This document shows, in pieces, positions 28,888 to 38,024 of a stretch of DNA of 64,000 bases. The position numbers were made by a program, and so were the translations under genes. The notes under the pieces are model-generated. The model did no database searches. It was not told where the DNA came from and saw only the letters and a list, made by a program, of their open reading frames with translations. Numbering within the stretch: the stretch's first letter is position 1; each line of letters opens with the position of its first letter. The DNA is from Candidatus Cloacimonadales bacterium. Its GTDB lineage: Bacteria; Cloacimonadota; Cloacimonadia; Cloacimonadales; JAIOQZ01. The stretch is taken from assembly GCA_963674825.1 (NCBI GenBank), contig OY771587.1, forward strand, positions 1,632,001 through 1,696,000, given 5' to 3'.

Positions 28888-29769
28888 TTGAAAGGAATAA
28901 TACTTGCAGGGGGAAGCGGAACTCGTCTGTATCCAGCTACGAAAGCTGTAAGTAAGCAGCTTCTTCCCGTTCACGACAAACCCATGATCTACTATCCTCT
29001 GTCGGTGTTGATGCTTTCCAATATTCGTGATATCCTAATCATCTCAACTCCAGACGATTTGCCAATGTTCGAGAAGCTTCTAGGCGACGGAAGTGAATTC
29101 GGCTTACGATTAAGCTATAAAGAGCAACCACGCCCGGAGGGAATCGCCCAGGCATTCATTATCGGGAAAGAGTTTATCGGAGATGACGATGTGTGTCTTA
29201 TCCTCGGCGATAATATTTTCTACGGCGACAAGCTTAACCGTTATCTGACGAACGCGCTCAAGACTGTGGAGAACGACCGTAATGCGGTTGTGTTCGGCTA
29301 TTGGGTCAAAAACCCTCAGCGCTACGGCGTGGTTCACTTTGACGATGAGCAGAACGTGCTAGGGATCGAAGAGAAGCCAAAGGAGCCAAAATCGAACTAC
29401 GCGGTAGTAGGGCTCTATTTTTACCCTAACGATGTCGTGAAGGTGGCAAGCGAGATAAAGCCATCCATGCGAAACGAGCTGGAGATTACTGATGTCAACA
29501 AAGAGTATCTGGCCCAGAAGCGATTGCAGGTAGAGATCCTCGGTCGCGGTTATGCATGGCTTGATACCGGCACGCACGAATCTCTGGCAGATGCATCTGT
29601 GTTTGTGCGAGCATTCGAGGAGCGACAGGAGCTCAAGATTGGCTGCCCGGAAGAGATCGCGTTCAGGCAGAAATTCATCACTCGTGATCAGCTTCGAGCT
29701 CGGGCCGAGACAATGAAAAACAACCAGTACGGTCAATATCTGTATTCTCTACTCGAATGGATCAAATAG
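28888..29769 (+). CDS. rfbA: Glucose-1-phosphate thymidylyltransferase
   Basis: [50 protein letters not shown] start after GGAGG. Confidence 0.96.
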   Translation: MKGIILAGGSGTRLYPATKAVSKQLLPVHDKPMIYYPLSVLMLSNIRDILIISTPDDLPMFEKLLGDGSEFGLRLSYKEQPRPEGIAQAFIIGKEFIGDDDVCLILGDNIFYGDKLNRYLTNALKTVENDRNAVVFGYWVKNPQRYGVVHFDDEQNVLGIEEKPKEPKSNYAVVGLYFYPNDVVKVASEIKPSMRNELEITDVNKEYLAQKRLQVEILGRGYAWLDTGTHESLADASVFVRAFEERQELKIGCPEEIAFRQKFITRDQLRARAETMKNNQYGQYLYSLLEWIK

Positions 29770-29786
29770 CAGAAAAGGAAAGAGGA

Positions 29787-30821
29787 ATGAAAGATATTCG
29801 ATTCGCCCTTATCGGATGCGGAAGAATCTCGAAGAACCACTTTGAATCGATCAGAAAAATAGACCACGGTGAGATTATTGCTTGTGCCGATATCATAGAA
29901 GAGAGAGCTAAAGAATCTGCTGAACGATACGAGATCAAAAGCTACTATAAAGACTATATTGAGATGCTGGATAAAGAGAAGCCGGATGCGGCGATTATCT
30001 GCACACCCAGCGGAATGCACCCGGAGATGGGTATTGAAGCGGCCAATCGCGGCATTCACGTAATCACGGAAAAACCAATGGCCATCCAGCTCGATGATGC
30101 AGATAATCTGGTGAAGGCTTGTGACCGTAACCACGTTCTGTTGTTCGTGGTGAAGCAAAATCGCCTTAATACGACCATGCAACTTCTCAAGTCCGCAATC
30201 GACAAGGGACGCTTCGGTCGCATCTTCATGGTGCAGTCGAATATCTTCTGGCAGAGACCGCAAGAGTACTACGATCTTGCTAAATGGCGTGGAACCTGGG
30301 AGTTTGATGGTGGTGCGTTCATGAATCAGGCGAGCCATTACGTCGATGCCCTCCACTGGCTGATCGGTGAAGTGGATCATGTCCTTGCCGAAACTGCGAC
30401 CTTGGCACGCAGAATCGAGACGGAAGATACCGGATCTGCAATACTCAAATTCCGCAGCGGTGTGATTGGCACAATTAATGTAACCATGCTGACCTACCCA
30501 AAGAACTTCGAGGGATCGGTTATCGTGCTCGGTGAGAAGGGAACAGTCAAAATCGGTGGAATCGCGGTCAACAAGATCGAGAAATGGGAGTTCGATTCAT
30601 ACGATGACGACGACCGTATCGTGTCCGAATCGAATTACCAGCCGCCGAACATCTATGGATTCGGCCATATTCCGTACTACAAGAACGTTATCGACACGCT
30701 ACTCGGAAACACGGCTCCGCATACGGACGGTAGAGAAGGCAGGAAATCGCTCGAAATTATCCATGCGATATATCGCTCGGCCAAGACCGGTCAAAAGGTA
30801 GCACTACCGCTCGATTATTGA
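29787..30821 (+). CDS. Gfo/Idh/MocA oxidoreductase, WbpB/WlbA-like UDP-sugar 3-dehydrogenase
   Basis: IGCGRI, TPSG.H, EKPMA, VVKQNR, W.RPQEYY, WRGTWEFDGGAFMNQASHY.D. Confidence 0.88.
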   Translation: MKDIRFALIGCGRISKNHFESIRKIDHGEIIACADIIEERAKESAERYEIKSYYKDYIEMLDKEKPDAAIICTPSGMHPEMGIEAANRGIHVITEKPMAIQLDDADNLVKACDRNHVLLFVVKQNRLNTTMQLLKSAIDKGRFGRIFMVQSNIFWQRPQEYYDLAKWRGTWEFDGGAFMNQASHYVDALHWLIGEVDHVLAETATLARRIETEDTGSAILKFRSGVIGTINVTMLTYPKNFEGSVIVLGEKGTVKIGGIAVNKIEKWEFDSYDDDDRIVSESNYQPPNIYGFGHIPYYKNVIDTLLGNTAPHTDGREGRKSLEIIHAIYRSAKTGQKVALPLDY

Positions 30822-30901
30822 AGATTGCAGATATCCACGAAAAATCCTTGACACGAAACAGCGGTTTTTTGCATTGTTCCTAACACGTTATTGAATGATG
30901 T

Positions 30902-30978
30902 GGGTGATTAGCTCAGTTGGTTAGAGTACTTCGTTGACATCGAAGGGGTCACTAGTTCGAATCTAGTATCACCCACCA
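30902..30978 (+). tRNA. tRNA-Val (GAC)
   Basis: Acceptor GGGTGAT/ATCACCC-A-CCA; anticodon arm CTTCG-TTGACAT-CGAAG; TTCGAAT T-loop. Confidence 0.96.
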
Positions 30979-31008
30979 CTTTTTTCATATACCTGCTATT
31001 TTTCGAGT

Positions 31009-31085
31009 GGGTGATTAGCACAGCTGGTTAGCGCGCATCGTTCACATCGATGAGGTCACTGGTTCGAATCCAGTATCACCCACCA
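31009..31085 (+). tRNA. tRNA-Val (CAC)
   Basis: Acceptor GGGTGAT/ATCACCC-A-CCA; anticodon arm CATCG-TTCACAT-CGATG. Confidence 0.95.
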
Positions 31086-31369
31086 CTTAAACCAAACAAC
31101 TTATTTATTTGTAATAAGATACTAGTGTAAAGTTGTAAAGTGACTGTGTAAAGTGACACCTTCATTTTCCACTTTGTGACAGCATGATTTCCTTACTTCC
31201 GAAATGGAAGTGACAGGAAATGTTCTTAACTCCCGCACCATCAATCACATTCATGCAGTCACTTTCTCAAGTTGCAAGTGACGGCAGTCTTTCCATTGAA
31301 TCGTCCTGATTTTTTTTGCCGTTGTCAGTTAACTTAGTTTCCGGGCTGCAGGTAATCTGGCTCAACCAA

Positions 31370-31465
31370 GCCAGTTCCATCCTGAAGGGAAAGTAGTGGT
31401 TTTCCAGCATGATCGCGTTTCTCGCTTTGATCGGCGAAGTGCGGTTTATTTCAAGCCTATCCTGT
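31370..31465 (-). pseudogene. Possible IS3-family transposase remnant
   Basis: Translates QDRLE...RNAIMLENHYFP, resembling the QGKIER...KN.I.LENYY.P segment of integrase-core transposases. Confidence 0.3.
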
Positions 31466-31583
31466 TACTCCATACACTGCACTGATACTTGTTATGTGAA
31501 GAAATATATAGACACAGTTCTACCTGAAAACAATATTCACCGAGTACGATTCAGAAAATCAGTTTTTAAGTAACGGAGCAGCA

Positions 31584-34082
31584 ATGAGAAACAATGAAAA
31601 ATGGTTTCATAATCAGGTAAAGCAATATCAACAGGATCGAGAGAATTACATCCAATTGGCTGATGTGCTTCAGCAGATATTATTCCGAGCATCTGAGATA
31701 TATTCACCACTTGCCATCATACAGACAAGACCGAAGTCAGTATCGAGTTTCGCTGAAAAATGTCTGAGAAAAGCGGATAAATATATCGACCCGGTTCACC
31801 AGCTTACAGACCTCTGTGGTGGTCGAATTGTTTGCCACACCAATACGCAGGTGCAGCGCCTTTGCAGGTTCATCCTTGAAGAGTTTATTGTAGACAATGC
31901 CAATAGTCTGGATGCAGGTTCACGTTTGCGAAATGAGGAGTTCGGATATTTGTCGGTCCATTACATCGTTGAAATAGATAACGAGAAGATTCTTGGGATT
32001 GGAGTTCCGAAGTCGTGCCGTAATCTCAAAGCGGAGATACAGATACGCACGCTGCTGCAACACACCTGGGCGGATATAATCCATGACCTGATTTACAAGA
32101 CACCGATTCAGGTTCCTTCCCAATTTATCCGAGAGTCCGCGCGGTTGGCAGCGATTCTGGAAAAGGCTGATGAGTCCTTCGAGAACTTCATGAACACCCT
32201 CTTGGAATACAAAAACAGTGCGCCCGAGATGTTCACGCAAAAACAGTTCGAAACCGAGAAACAAACGCTTGATTTGATTCAGTCAAGCGAGCCGGATCCG
32301 AAGAAGAAAGAAGAAATTGCTATCAGGCAAGCGCGGCTTTATCGATCCACCGATCAATTTCATGAAGTAGCGACGATTCTCCGAAATCATATCGATTTCA
32401 GCAAAAAACCACCGGATGAAGCGCTCTACTATCTTGCAGAAGCCCTGTTGATGCTCAAAGAGGATTCTCAATATTCTGAAGGACAATCCCAATTGAGAAG
32501 GATCATCGAAGAACATCCGCTTACATCCGAAAATATTGATAATCTGCGTCTGATGAACCCTGATGATTTCAGGATTCTGACAAAAGCATGTCATCTCTTT
32601 GGAATTTCATATATTGGAAAGGATCGGGATGAAGCTCTACCGTTGTTGAGAGAAGCATTCCATCTCGCTCCGGATAATCCCCGCTATGTTGTCGATTACA
32701 TTGAATGCTGTCTGCTCCTTGGCGATTCGGATTGTTGTGAACTGCTCAAGCCAATGATCCTAAATGCGATTGAGCACTGTACAACCAATCTGGATATACA
32801 TAAAGCCCGGATCGAGTTATATCTGTTGAAAGGTCGGTTGCTGCTCTATCTGAATCAGAAAGAAAACGCGATGGCATCGTATATGAAAGCCATTGATGTC
32901 ATCCGTAAACAGAAAACATCCAAAGCGATAAGGCTGTTGATGAAGGAGAAAAAGTCACTCGAAGTCCTGCAGAAACAAACGAATGATATTCGATGGAAGT
33001 GGGCTGTCGATCTGCTGAATCTGGCATACATGATAATCCATCGAAACAAGACTGCCAGCACAAGAACTTATATCATTGCAGGGAAATCCGATTTTCTGGA
33101 AGACGAGACCAGAAAAATGCTTGTTGATTCGTTTTACCGTGGCTTTCGATGGGGAAATCCGAAAATTATCAGCGGTGGTACCAACACCGGTATTCCCGGA
33201 TGTATCGGGGATGCTGTTCTGAAAATCAAAGAGGGTAGTCGCAAATTGATCAGGTTACATGGATATATCCACGCCAATATGCCGGATCAACTCAAGCATG
33301 AGGGCTACGATGAATGGATTGTTACGGACGACGACAAATTTTCCTTCGGGGAGGTGCTGGCATATTGGAATGATCTGTTACCATACGGTGATATCAAATT
33401 GATCGGCTATGGCGGTGGGGCGATCTCTGGTTTGGAATACCGCCTGGCGTTAGCTATGGGGGCGAAAGTAGCGTTGGTTCGAGGTTCGTACGGTGCTGCC
33501 GAGGAAGTGTATCACAGCCCGGAATGGGAAAAGCACGAAGGCTTGATTGTGTTGCCTGAAGATGCGGATACAATCATAGCATTTATCAATGATCGATACG
33601 ATAATCCAATGGAAGAAAACGATTTTGAAGGCATCGCTCGTGAAATACACAATCATTATCTCGAAGAAGAAATCAAAAATGGGAAGACAGCATCGGACTC
33701 GATGGCTCCTTGGGAACTATTACCGGAAACATATAAGGCTTCCAACCGTAATCAAGCATCATTCTGGATGTTCAATCTACTATCAAACGGCTTCCAACTT
33801 CGCGGTGGGCAGCCTTCGGAAATTGTCCCGATTACCTTCACTAGGGATGAGGTCGAGCGGCTATCGAAGCTGGAGCATGGGCGATGGACGTTGAATCGAT
33901 TAAATGATGGCTGGACGTATTCACGCGAGAAGGATCCACGAAAGAAGAGAACACCCTGGTTGGCAGGCTGGAACGAATTGCCCGAAGAGATCAGGGAATA
34001 CGACAGAGAAGCGGTTCGCCGCATACCGGTGCTGCTTGCCAGCCTTGGATTTGAAATTATCAGATTAGGAGATGAAACATGA
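31584..34082 (+). CDS. RelA/SpoT-type nucleotide pyrophosphokinase fused to TPR, SLOG-like and tandem RyR domains
   Basis: RPKSVSSFAEK, TDLCGGRIV, GYLSVHY, EIQIRT..QH.WA...H..IYK; helical repeats; ISGGTNTG and GYGGGAISGLEY; AREIHNHY...PW..LPE..K.SN and LEHGRW.....GW.Y....D.......L..W..LPE..REYD. Confidence 0.85.
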   Translation: MRNNEKWFHNQVKQYQQDRENYIQLADVLQQILFRASEIYSPLAIIQTRPKSVSSFAEKCLRKADKYIDPVHQLTDLCGGRIVCHTNTQVQRLCRFILEEFIVDNANSLDAGSRLRNEEFGYLSVHYIVEIDNEKILGIGVPKSCRNLKAEIQIRTLLQHTWADIIHDLIYKTPIQVPSQFIRESARLAAILEKADESFENFMNTLLEYKNSAPEMFTQKQFETEKQTLDLIQSSEPDPKKKEEIAIRQARLYRSTDQFHEVATILRNHIDFSKKPPDEALYYLAEALLMLKEDSQYSEGQSQLRRIIEEHPLTSENIDNLRLMNPDDFRILTKACHLFGISYIGKDRDEALPLLREAFHLAPDNPRYVVDYIECCLLLGDSDCCELLKPMILNAIEHCTTNLDIHKARIELYLLKGRLLLYLNQKENAMASYMKAIDVIRKQKTSKAIRLLMKEKKSLEVLQKQTNDIRWKWAVDLLNLAYMIIHRNKTASTRTYIIAGKSDFLEDETRKMLVDSFYRGFRWGNPKIISGGTNTGIPGCIGDAVLKIKEGSRKLIRLHGYIHANMPDQLKHEGYDEWIVTDDDKFSFGEVLAYWNDLLPYGDIKLIGYGGGAISGLEYRLALAMGAKVALVRGSYGAAEEVYHSPEWEKHEGLIVLPEDADTIIAFINDRYDNPMEENDFEGIAREIHNHYLEEEIKNGKTASDSMAPWELLPETYKASNRNQASFWMFNLLSNGFQLRGGQPSEIVPITFTRDEVERLSKLEHGRWTLNRLNDGWTYSREKDPRKKRTPWLAGWNELPEEIREYDREAVRRIPVLLASLGFEIIRLGDET

Positions 34083-34498
34083 ATAACAGACCAATCGTAG
34101 CGGTTCGGGTAATCCTGCGTAATGAAGACAACTCGATTCTCCTGCTGAAACGTGCTCAAACAAGCTATAGCGAAGGTGCGTGGTGTCTGCCGGGCGGAAA
34201 AGTTGATTACGGACAAACGCTCGAAGAAGCATGCGCCAACGAACTGAAGGAAGAAACCGGCCTGGACATCGGCGAGATCGAGTTGGTTGCCTGTCAGGAC
34301 AGTTTACCCGAGAAGGATGGGGATCCACACTTTTTGAACCTCTATTTCGAAGCGGAATACACAGGCACGATCACCTTGAACAACGAATCCTCGGCATATC
34401 AATGGGTTTCCAGCAACGAACTCGACAATTATCAAATCGTATTCGGAAACCGCGACATCATTGAGCAGATGTTCGAACAAGATACATCGGGAGATTAG
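34079..34498 (+). CDS. Nudix hydrolase
   Basis: ILLLKR...W.LPGG.V..G.....A...ELKEETGL; ATGA overlap with the upstream gene. Confidence 0.9.
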   Translation: MNNRPIVAVRVILRNEDNSILLLKRAQTSYSEGAWCLPGGKVDYGQTLEEACANELKEETGLDIGEIELVACQDSLPEKDGDPHFLNLYFEAEYTGTITLNNESSAYQWVSSNELDNYQIVFGNRDIIEQMFEQDTSGD

Positions 34499-34499
34499 C

Positions 34500-37400
34500 A
34501 TGGCGGAGAATAATCGAGAAATGCGAGTTTTTATCTCATCAACATTCCGGGATATGATCAATGAGCGTGATCATCTGGTCAAGCAAGCGTTTCCGAAGCT
34601 TCGGCAACAATGCGAGGCACGAGGCGTTATCTGGGGTGAGGTTGACCTCCGCTGGGGAATAACCAGCGAGCAGCAGGCCGAAGGGAAGGTGTTGCCGATC
34701 TGCCTGGAAGAAGTCGAACGCTGCCGACCATTCTTTATTGGAATCCTGGGTGAACGCTATGGATGGGTGCCATTGGAAATCGATGAAGATTTGATCCGAA
34801 AAGAGACTTGGCTTGCGGAGCACAGAGAACGCTCGGTTACAGAACTCGAGATCCTCCACGGCGTGCTGAACCACAAGGAGATGCAGGGCAAGGCGTTCTT
34901 CTATTTTCGCGATTCTGCCTGGCTGGATTCGATCTCTGATGAAGAAAGGTATAAATACCTCGAAGGTCCTACGGATCACGAGATTGAAACTCTTGGTATA
35001 GATCGAGCGGAACAACGGGCACAGGAAAGACGGATCAAGCTTCAGGAGCTGAAGAAGAAGCTGGAGGATTCTCCCGGTACGGTTACGCGCATATTTACAT
35101 CGCCTGACGAGTTAGTGGAAATGGTCACGGAGGACATGAGTCGGATCATCGACGAGCTTTTCCCGAAAGATCAGACTGTAAATCCATTCGAGATGGAGCG
35201 TATCGCTCATCACGCGGTGTCTGTGCAGAAATCAACTGTATATGTCAAGCGTCCCCTCTATTTCGAGCAAATGTATCGATTCATTGATGGAGATGAATCC
35301 TGCCTTCTGATATCAGGAGCTTCCGGTACCGGAAAGACTTCGATGGTTGCAAACTGGACCGAAGAATATCGTCAAACCTATCCCGACGATAACGTGTTTA
35401 TCCATTTTATCGGTTCCACCCCGCTCTCGAGCGATATTGAGAATCTTCTGTGGCGATTATTGGGAGATTTGAAAGACTGGTATAACATTCCCGAAGGTAT
35501 TCCACAGAATCCTGCAGAATACGCGCAGACGCTCGCAAAATGGCTAAAGCAGATATCAGATCAACAAAGGTGCGTCATTATTCTGGATTCGCTGAATCAA
35601 CAGGAAGACAAACCCGGCGTATCGAGCCTGACATGGCTACCGGTAGAGTTTCCTTCCAACGTGCGGCTGATCGTTACGAGCCTGGAAGGACCAGCATTCA
35701 CCGAACTGCTGAAGCGGAATGCACAGCAAATGGAGATCATGCCCTTCAAAGCGGATAGCAAGAAGCTGCTGATCGATAGTTACCTGCGCTGGTGTCACAA
35801 GAGTCTGGATTCCGAATCGGTTCAGCGGCTGATTGAATCAGATCATACAGACAACCCACTATATCTAAAACTTCTGTTGGAGGAATTGCGACTCGAAGGT
35901 AAGTTCGAGTCCCTCACCGAGCAGCTTACAGAATTCCTCAAAACGGAATCGATACCCCAATTGATGCTGCTTATTCTCGATCGACTGGAGCGTGATTACA
36001 TTGGCACAGACCACAACCTGGTACGCGATGCGTTTAGCTATCTTTGGGCATCCCGAACAGGGCTTTCGGAAGTGGAGCTACTCGATCTTCTCGGAAAAGA
36101 TGGACAACCGCTTGCATCGGGTATCTGGTCGCCTCTATCCTATGCCTCACGTCATCTGATCTCGATGAACTCCGGTAGACTTGTTATAACGCACAACTAT
36201 TTCAGGCAGGCAATCGAAGAGAAATATCTGACCGATTTCGAGGAACAGCGTCGGTATCGTCTCTTGCTGGCAGACTATTTCGGCAAGACGACGGTTACCA
36301 GATGGATGATGGAAACTCCCTGGCAATACGCCAAAGCCGGAGAGTGGATGATGCTGCGCGACCTACTCCTTCAAGACAACTTCCTATTCAAGGCGTGTAA
36401 ACAGATCGAATTCGAGTACTATGCCTATTGGGTGCAGATTGAGAAAAACACCAACATAACATTTCTCGAGTCGCTTGAAAAGTACATCGAAACACCGGAG
36501 CAGTTCGAAGCTCAAACCCTCTGGCAGATCGCTGGAATCCTTCACTATAAGATGGAAACAAAGAAGAGCATTAAGCTTTGGGCTTATCTATACCATTCGA
36601 TGAAAGACAGTCCAGACCGATTCAGGTATCTAGAAACGATCTTGAATTACTCATCAACGCTGAGCAGTGGAAATTCGGAGCAAATCAAGTTCTCATTAGA
36701 ACTCATGGATGAAGGCATGGCCCTTGCGAAAGAGCTTGGATTGGAAAATCGATATTATAGCTTGCTCATGAATAAATCGCTCGTGTTTGATCGATTGGGA
36801 CGTATCGATGAAAGCATTGAAATGAAACACGAATGTGAGAAGTATTTCAGGCAAAGTGGTCACAAAGAAGGTCTGCAAGCAACTCTGGCGAATATCATGA
36901 GCGTATATTTCTGGCGGGGGGATTATGATAAGGCTATCATATACGGCAAAGAATCACGGAAACTCAGTATCGAAACAGGAAACAAGTGGGCGGTCGTGAA
37001 TCTTGATAATTCTCTTGGTACGATCATGATTTATGCTAACAAACTGGAAGAAGCCGAAGCCACTCTCAATGAAGCGCTTGAGACTGCTCGAGAAATTGGG
37101 GACGATTATCATATTCAGATGATCCAGCAAACACGTTCCATGTTATTCTGTAATCTTGAAAGGCTGGAAGAAGCGCTCGAAGCAAACCGGGAATCGAAAG
37201 AGGTATGTGAGCGGATCCAGTTTTTGCAAGGTCTTATGAGCGCGTACTGCAACGAAGGCTCAATATTATTGTCATGTGAGAGGTTTGAAGAATCTCTTCA
37301 ATCAAGCTTCAAAGCGATAGAGTATTCAGATATTGCCGATCCGGATGGCTGCCGTTGTGTGTCATTCGGAAATATCGCCGCAGCCTTCATTCGAAAGGGG

Positions 37401-37640
37401 GATCTCGACCAAGGAGAAGAAGCTCTCGCCAGGTTCAGACAACTTGCAATCGAATCACAAAAACCGGACAGTCTTGCCTGGGCGTATATGCATCTGGCAG
37501 AACTACACTTTGCCAGAAAACAGTATCAGGAAGCACTAGAGGCAATCGAAGAGGGTGTAGAACATTGTAGTCGGTATGGACTTGAATTGATCATTGATCA
37601 GAGCGAGATATTGAAGGATCAAATCATTGAAGAAATGTAA
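34500..37640 (+). CDS. DUF4062 - STAND/NACHT-like NTPase - TPR protein
   Basis: RVFISSTFRDM..ER..L...DLRWG...CL.E...C.PFFIGILGERYG, SVTELE; Walker A GASGTGKT; Walker B VIILD; NPLYL; C-terminal TPRs. Confidence 0.88.
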   Translation: MAENNREMRVFISSTFRDMINERDHLVKQAFPKLRQQCEARGVIWGEVDLRWGITSEQQAEGKVLPICLEEVERCRPFFIGILGERYGWVPLEIDEDLIRKETWLAEHRERSVTELEILHGVLNHKEMQGKAFFYFRDSAWLDSISDEERYKYLEGPTDHEIETLGIDRAEQRAQERRIKLQELKKKLEDSPGTVTRIFTSPDELVEMVTEDMSRIIDELFPKDQTVNPFEMERIAHHAVSVQKSTVYVKRPLYFEQMYRFIDGDESCLLISGASGTGKTSMVANWTEEYRQTYPDDNVFIHFIGSTPLSSDIENLLWRLLGDLKDWYNIPEGIPQNPAEYAQTLAKWLKQISDQQRCVIILDSLNQQEDKPGVSSLTWLPVEFPSNVRLIVTSLEGPAFTELLKRNAQQMEIMPFKADSKKLLIDSYLRWCHKSLDSESVQRLIESDHTDNPLYLKLLLEELRLEGKFESLTEQLTEFLKTESIPQLMLLILDRLERDYIGTDHNLVRDAFSYLWASRTGLSEVELLDLLGKDGQPLASGIWSPLSYASRHLISMNSGRLVITHNYFRQAIEEKYLTDFEEQRRYRLLLADYFGKTTVTRWMMETPWQYAKAGEWMMLRDLLLQDNFLFKACKQIEFEYYAYWVQIEKNTNITFLESLEKYIETPEQFEAQTLWQIAGILHYKMETKKSIKLWAYLYHSMKDSPDRFRYLETILNYSSTLSSGNSEQIKFSLELMDEGMALAKELGLENRYYSLLMNKSLVFDRLGRIDESIEMKHECEKYFRQSGHKEGLQATLANIMSVYFWRGDYDKAIIYGKESRKLSIETGNKWAVVNLDNSLGTIMIYANKLEEAEATLNEALETAREIGDDYHIQMIQQTRSMLFCNLERLEEALEANRESKEVCERIQFLQGLMSAYCNEGSILLSCERFEESLQSSFKAIEYSDIADPDGCRCVSFGNIAAAFIRKGDLDQGEEALARFRQLAIESQKPDSLAWAYMHLAELHFARKQYQEALEAIEEGVEHCSRYGLELIIDQSEILKDQIIEEM

Positions 37641-37830
37641 ATACAATCTACCGTGCTTGTATAGCAATTCGACATGTCAAGACAGAGACTACTGAATTGA
37701 ACCGATATGCGCAACCAGTTCCTAAGCTAAACAGATAGAGCATATTACAGAAGAGGTGAGAGCCGCCCGTCAAACAAACACCTGTGAGATCGCTAAATCG
37801 TTTTTGCAGGATGGAAAGAAGGGTGTCAAC

Positions 37831-37920
37831 TTACAACTTCAACGCGTCGTCGTGATCCTTGAATGTTCGCTCCGGCCCCAACTCATGCTTCAGAATCCCG
37901 ATGATTCTTGCTTCGACTTT
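37831..37920 (-). pseudogene. IS3-family transposase C-terminal remnant
   Basis: Translates EARIIGILKHELGPERTFKDHDDALKL*, resembling AER.NGILK.E.GL...F in IS3-type transposases. Confidence 0.5.
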
Positions 37921-38024
37921 TTATTCGGAGGCTCGTATTTTCCGGGTGTAGATTGGCTACTCAAGCAAAAAAGGTGTGTTTTCCCACTCCGTTATCGTTT
38001 AAAATTCTAATTGCATCTTCATAT

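Noticed and set aside
31584..34082. Housekeeping RelA/SpoT (rel) gene
   Set aside because: Lacks HD, TGS and ACT domains; has TPR/SLOG/RyR instead and sits in accessory context.
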